Shown in pieces: positions 59,611-64,000 of a DNA stretch of 64,000 nt. The position numbers were made by a program, and so were the translations under genes. Position 1 is the stretch's first letter. Each line of letters begins with the position of its first letter. The stretch is from positions 96,001-160,000 of the forward strand of contig JAVJNR010000004.1 of the NCBI GenBank assembly GCA_040217195.1. Direction: 5' to 3'. Below the pieces are notes generated by a model that did not search any database, was not told the origin of the DNA, and worked only from the letters and a program-made list of their open reading frames with translations. Source of the stretch: Leptospiraceae bacterium. GTDB taxonomy: Bacteria > Spirochaetota > Leptospiria > Leptospirales > Leptonemataceae.

Positions 59611-61674
59611 CTATTCCTCTTTGTTGTCCTGTTCAGAGTTGTCCTCTGGAGGCTGCGTGGCCTCTCGGCTGATCTGTTGCAGTCTGGCATACAGCCCGGA
59701 TCGATTCATTAGATCCTTATGTGTTCCGGCATCTTCAATCTTGCCGCCGGACACGACCACAATGATATCTGCCTTTTCTATGGTAGAAAGTCGGTGGGCA
59801 ATCACAAAAGTAGTTCGATTCCTGAAAAGGCGCTCCAGGGCATCCTGGACCAGACGCTCGCTTTCTGTATCCAGAGCGGATGTTGCCTCATCTAAAATCA
59901 TGATCTCTGGATCGTGCAGCAGGGCCCGGGCAATAGAGATTCGCTGTCGCTGACCGCCAGAAAGGGTGACTCCTCGCTCGCCCACCATTGTATCATATCC
60001 TTCGGATAGTTCGCTAATGAAATCATGGGCATAGGCCAGTCTGGCAGCCTTTTCCACTTCCTGCGGATCGTGCTCCGGGCTTCCATAAGCAATGTTTTCT
60101 CGTATACTTCCATGAAACAGGAACGTATCCTGCTGAACGATTCCAATGTGACTGCGATACTCCGTCAGATTGAAATTGCGAATATCCACACCGTCCACGG
60201 TGATTCGTCCTTGATCCGGGTCAAAGAAGCGAGCCAGCAAATCCATCAAGGTAGATTTACCTCCTCCACTTTCGCCCACCAGAGCCACTGTGCTTCCTGC
60301 GGGTACTTCCAGGTCAATCCCCTGAATTACCTGGGCTTCCGATTCAGGATAGGTAAACTGAACATTCTCAAATCGAATTGCATCATTCACTTCCGGCACA
60401 GGTTGGGGACTATCTGGATCCGTAATGTCCGGCTTTCGATCTGCGATGGAAAAGATCCTCTCCGCAGCAGCAGAGGCCTGAGAAATTTTGCCGATCATAG
60501 AAGAAAGCTGAATGATCGGACGAATAATAAACATCAGTGCCATCAGAAACGTGATAAACTCTCCAATGGTAAAGTTTGTGCCATCCAGATAAGCAGCCCC
60601 CAGTGCGATGATAGCAAGGGTCATCAATGCAGAACTCAATTCTACCAAATTTGGTCCCATCTTCAGATAGAACTGCTCTTTGAAGCTTCTCCAGCTCAGG
60701 CGCTGATTTACTCTTTCGAATCGCTCCGCCTGCTGGTCTTCCATTACAAAGGAGCGAATTACTCGGACTCCCTGTATATCCTCCTGAAGGCTTGCATTTA
60801 GATCCGCCAGTAGTTCCTGACTCTTTCGAGTGGACCTGGATATCTTTCGGGTAAAAAGGGCCACAGGAGCCAGGATTAAAGGCAACGTTATCGTAGAAAC
60901 AATAAGCAACTCAAGATTTAAATAGGCCAGAAGGAATAAGTGAGTGGTGAGATAAAAGAAATTGGTGATTGAGTCACGCATGTTAGATGAAATTACCGCG
61001 GCAACGATCTCTACATCGTTGATCAATCGGCTCATCAACAGACCGGTTTTTTCCTGATAAAAATAAGTCAATGGAAGATTTTGCGCAGCACCGTACAGGT
61101 CGGAACGCAGATCTCGCACAGCACGATAACCGGTCCTTGCAATCAACTGGACCGAGATCAAATGAAAGACCAGTTTCAAGAAGTAGAGAGGAAAGACCAC
61201 CATCAGGGCGGTGTAAATCACTTTCAGAGGATCGAATGCCGCCTGGTTAATCTTCAACTTCCAGCGAATCATGGTTCGCAGATTCAGCTGCTGAGCACGG
61301 TTCAACCCGTAATCCTTTTCGTATCGCGTATAATGAAGCAGCCGCTCTGCTAGATCTTTTCGAATCTTTTCTGGAGCATCCGGAGCAACAGGCAGAGTCC
61401 TGTCACCTGACAGGAGCCCGGCTTTTTCAGCAGGCTCTATATAATGTATGGCACTGTGCTGAACAGCTTTGTTTAGAATCTTGCGGTCTGTCTCTGAGAA
61501 CTGAATTACAAAAGGTGCACCACCGCCTTTGTCACCCAGGGCATCAAATAGCGGATAAAATGTAGTAAGGCTAACGCCGTTTAGAATTGCTACAAAGAAC
61601 GACACCAGCACCCCCATAAGGAAGGGGGTGCGGTAGTGAAATGAATACCCGAGTAGTCGGAGAAAGTGCCGCAC
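59611..61674 (-). CDS. ABC exporter, fused permease/ATPase (MsbA-like)
   Basis: 6-TM domain, GESGGGKS, LSGGQRQR, ILDEATSALD, IAHRLST. Confidence 0.93.
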   Translation of the reverse strand: MRHFLRLLGYSFHYRTPFLMGVLVSFFVAILNGVSLTTFYPLFDALGDKGGGAPFVIQFSETDRKILNKAVQHSAIHYIEPAEKAGLLSGDRTLPVAPDAPEKIRKDLAERLLHYTRYEKDYGLNRAQQLNLRTMIRWKLKINQAAFDPLKVIYTALMVVFPLYFLKLVFHLISVQLIARTGYRAVRDLRSDLYGAAQNLPLTYFYQEKTGLLMSRLINDVEIVAAVISSNMRDSITNFFYLTTHLFLLAYLNLELLIVSTITLPLILAPVALFTRKISRSTRKSQELLADLNASLQEDIQGVRVIRSFVMEDQQAERFERVNQRLSWRSFKEQFYLKMGPNLVELSSALMTLAIIALGAAYLDGTNFTIGEFITFLMALMFIIRPIIQLSSMIGKISQASAAAERIFSIADRKPDITDPDSPQPVPEVNDAIRFENVQFTYPESEAQVIQGIDLEVPAGSTVALVGESGGGKSTLMDLLARFFDPDQGRITVDGVDIRNFNLTEYRSHIGIVQQDTFLFHGSIRENIAYGSPEHDPQEVEKAARLAYAHDFISELSEGYDTMVGERGVTLSGGQRQRISIARALLHDPEIMILDEATSALDTESERLVQDALERLFRNRTTFVIAHRLSTIEKADIIVVVSGGKIEDAGTHKDLMNRSGLYARLQQISREATQPPEDNSEQDNKEE

Positions 61675-61680
61675 AGGCGA

Positions 61681-62937
61681 TCACTTCGCTCCCAGTCCTT
61701 CCTTCTCGGCTCCCACCAGGATGGACATATTTCCAGCGGGATGCTTGTTGTCCTTCATCAACTGATGGCAGTCGCCGGTTTCCTCAAACTTGAAAGTTTT
61801 GGACAACACCGGATCGACTTTCTTTGCAATGACCAGATCATTCAGGCCTTTCGCATTGTCATCGTTGGCAAAATGGGAGCCCTGGAATCGCTTTTGACGC
61901 ATCCAGAGATAACGAAGATCCACAGTTGCATTGAAGCCGGTGGTTCCGGCACAGATCACAACCATACCTCCCGTATCGCATACAAAAGCAGATGTGGGAA
62001 CTGTGCTTTCTCCTGGGTGTTCAAATACAATTCCAGGATTCTTTTTACCAGTGATTTCCCAGATGGCTTTTCCAAATTCGCGAGCCTTTTTGGTCCATTC
62101 TATAAAATGCTTTGGATCGTTGATTTCGGAAGTCAGGGCTCCCCAGTGATCGTAGTTCTTTCTATTTATGACTCCGTCTGCTCCTAATTTCTTGCAGAAA
62201 TCGAATTTGTCTTCGCTACTAACCACAGCTACAGCTATGCCACCGGCAGCTTTTACGATCTGAATCGCCATTGCTCCCAGTCCTCCAGAACCGCCCCAGA
62301 TAAGAACCGGCATTCCTGGTTTTACATCGTTGGGCTTCCAGTGGTGGAGCATTCGATAAGCAGTGGCACCTACCAGCATATAAGCGGCCGCCTCTTCCCA
62401 GTTTAGATGGGGAGGTTTGGGTAAACACTGATGGTCCTGAACCCTGGTGAACTGAGCGAAAGAACCCCAGTTGGATTCGTATCCCCAGATGATTTGAGAA
62501 GGTGCGAACATTGGGTCTCCGCCTTCTTTGATAAAAGGATCATCGTGGTCCCACATTCCGCAATGGACTACAACTTCATCCCCTACCTTAACATTCTTTA
62601 CCTCGGAACCTGCAGCATAGACAATCCCAGAGGCATCCGAACCACCAATGTGGAAATCTTCGGTCTCGCCTTTCTTCTGACGAGCAGCAATTACATTTAC
62701 GGGATAGCCGAGGGCACCCCAAACGTTATTATAGTTCACACCGGCTGCCATGACAGCAACCAGGACCTCACGAGGTCCTACTTCTGGCACCGGGATCTGC
62801 TCCACTTTGAAAGCATCCTTCGGATCTCCGAACCGCTCCGGTCGAATAAGCTGAGCGTGCATTTTTTCGGGAACCACGCCCACCGGAGGGAGGGTTCCAA
62901 TAGGTACTATTTCTGGGCGATCTGACATGGCGGACAC
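61681..62937 (-). CDS. ccr: Crotonyl-CoA carboxylase/reductase
   Basis: [62 protein letters not shown]. Confidence 0.92.
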   Translation of the reverse strand: MSAMSDRPEIVPIGTLPPVGVVPEKMHAQLIRPERFGDPKDAFKVEQIPVPEVGPREVLVAVMAAGVNYNNVWGALGYPVNVIAARQKKGETEDFHIGGSDASGIVYAAGSEVKNVKVGDEVVVHCGMWDHDDPFIKEGGDPMFAPSQIIWGYESNWGSFAQFTRVQDHQCLPKPPHLNWEEAAAYMLVGATAYRMLHHWKPNDVKPGMPVLIWGGSGGLGAMAIQIVKAAGGIAVAVVSSEDKFDFCKKLGADGVINRKNYDHWGALTSEINDPKHFIEWTKKAREFGKAIWEITGKKNPGIVFEHPGESTVPTSAFVCDTGGMVVICAGTTGFNATVDLRYLWMRQKRFQGSHFANDDNAKGLNDLVIAKKVDPVLSKTFKFEETGDCHQLMKDNKHPAGNMSILVGAEKEGLGAK

Positions 62938-63021
62938 AATCCGGAAACCTGTTAATATTTCCAGTCAAATTCTCCTTTTCATTCATCCCGGTTCGTCGAA
63001 TATTGGGAGAGGGAGACCATT

Positions 63022-64000
63022 GTGAGCAAGTTCGAACTATTCGACTTCACCCCTGAAATCGTTGAATCCTTTCGTGAGAACCACGAAATACCTGTGCATT
63101 TCTATAATAAGGATGGGCAGGTGCTTATCCACAGGAAGGAAAATGCTTCCGAAGCTGAAATTGATCGTCTTCTACGATTTATTAAGCAAGGAATCTACTA
63201 CGATATAGAGGATTCGGAAAAGCTGGGCCTTCAGGACAAGGGGCGGGATGTCCCGGAAGGCCTTACAGACACAAAACTCATTTCTGAGACTATCACCACC
63301 GAGCTTAACGATGGTGCGAAAGAGCTTTTTAGCAGCTTGAAGCGAACTTCCATCACTTCTGTCCAGGCTCGTAAAACATCGGAACGACTGGCCAATGCAT
63401 TTGATGCTTTTGAGTCCCAGCCCGACATGAGCGTAGGTCTGGTTAACATTCTGGATTTGATGCAGGGGCGCGAAAACAGCTACGAAGTGGAGCTGGCTGT
63501 AAAAAGAACCGTGGTAGCCATGGCCATGAAGACCCGGGGAGCTGCTGCTATTGGAGCAAGAGATCGAGCCAGACTGGAAGAAGCCGCCAATGTCACAATG
63601 ATGTCCGCCCTGCTGTGCGATATAGGGTACAGCCGAATGACCCTGCCCGACCAGGAAGGGTTATCCGACCAGCAGATGAACTATATTCGAAATCATCCCA
63701 TCATGAGCTATTTAATGATAGCCCACGAGAGATCCATCGATCCTAGAATAAAAAGAAATGTATTATCCCATCACCGTCCCATGAAAGCAGGGACTCCTGG
63801 AAATAATTATCCGTCGATCAAAAGCATTACCACCAGGTTAACGGCCCTGCGAGAGAAGTACAGTCAGGATCCAGCCAGAAAGCATATTGCCGAAGACATT
63901 GATATGCAGCTAAAACTGCTGATGCGAGATATACCGTACGATGAAGATGCTTCCATCCTCGCCGTGGCCTCTGAATTCGCATCACTTACTTCCAATGTTC
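63022..64000 (+). CDS. Degenerate HD-GYP-like protein (partial, runs off window)
   Basis: Own translation from GTG 63022 (SD GGAG): MSKFELFDFTPE...ALLCDIGY...IRNHP...SHHRP...NNYP...ILAVASEFASLTS; no stop before the window end. Confidence 0.8.
   Translation, partial: MSKFELFDFTPEIVESFRENHEIPVHFYNKDGQVLIHRKENASEAEIDRLLRFIKQGIYYDIEDSEKLGLQDKGRDVPEGLTDTKLISETITTELNDGAKELFSSLKRTSITSVQARKTSERLANAFDAFESQPDMSVGLVNILDLMQGRENSYEVELAVKRTVVAMAMKTRGAAAIGARDRARLEEAANVTMMSALLCDIGYSRMTLPDQEGLSDQQMNYIRNHPIMSYLMIAHERSIDPRIKRNVLSHHRPMKAGTPGNNYPSIKSITTRLTALREKYSQDPARKHIAEDIDMQLKLLMRDIPYDEDASILAVASEFASLTSNV

Noticed and set aside
60025..62925. Long plus-strand ORFs (258, 173, 164 aa)
   Set aside because: Antisense shadows of the ABC exporter and ccr; no motifs
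1..64000. CRISPR array, prophage, IS, retron or known defence system
   Set aside because: No regularly spaced repeat array, integrase, transposase, reverse transcriptase or phage structural motifs seen; dgt and sfsA look like ordinary housekeeping copies

Overview
A 64 kb bacterial chromosomal window, densely coding (about 54 genes), most likely from a Leptospiraceae spirochete. The assignment rests on a LipL41-like lipoprotein, several spirochete-style lipoproteins, a 7TM-sensor/PP2C phosphatase and a Leptospira-type degenerate HD-GYP protein. Housekeeping genes include polA, trpC, trpF, leuB, sfsA, ssb, dgt, an MsbA-like exporter, korAB, speD and ccr. An accessory-looking block lies at about 46.2-57.9 kb (DinB, ClC channel, FAD oxidoreductase + ThDP enzyme, TetR + orphan RND, RIC-like hemerythrin, cupin). 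I found no rRNA, tRNA, CRISPR array, integrase or transposase by eye. The most striking item is a terminator-bounded two-gene operon (21667-22997): a canonical S-adenosylmethionine decarboxylase followed by an intact SET/post-SET methyltransferase fused to a second, divergent pyruvoyl-type SpeD-fold domain, with no spermidine synthase beside it. Also notable are a three-gene exported metzincin module with a possible TIMP-like partner, a triple direct repeat between a membrane AraC regulator and a GT39 gene, an FNR-type promoter on a truncated RIC protein, and a Fur-like box on korAB. All family calls are from motif recognition without database searches.
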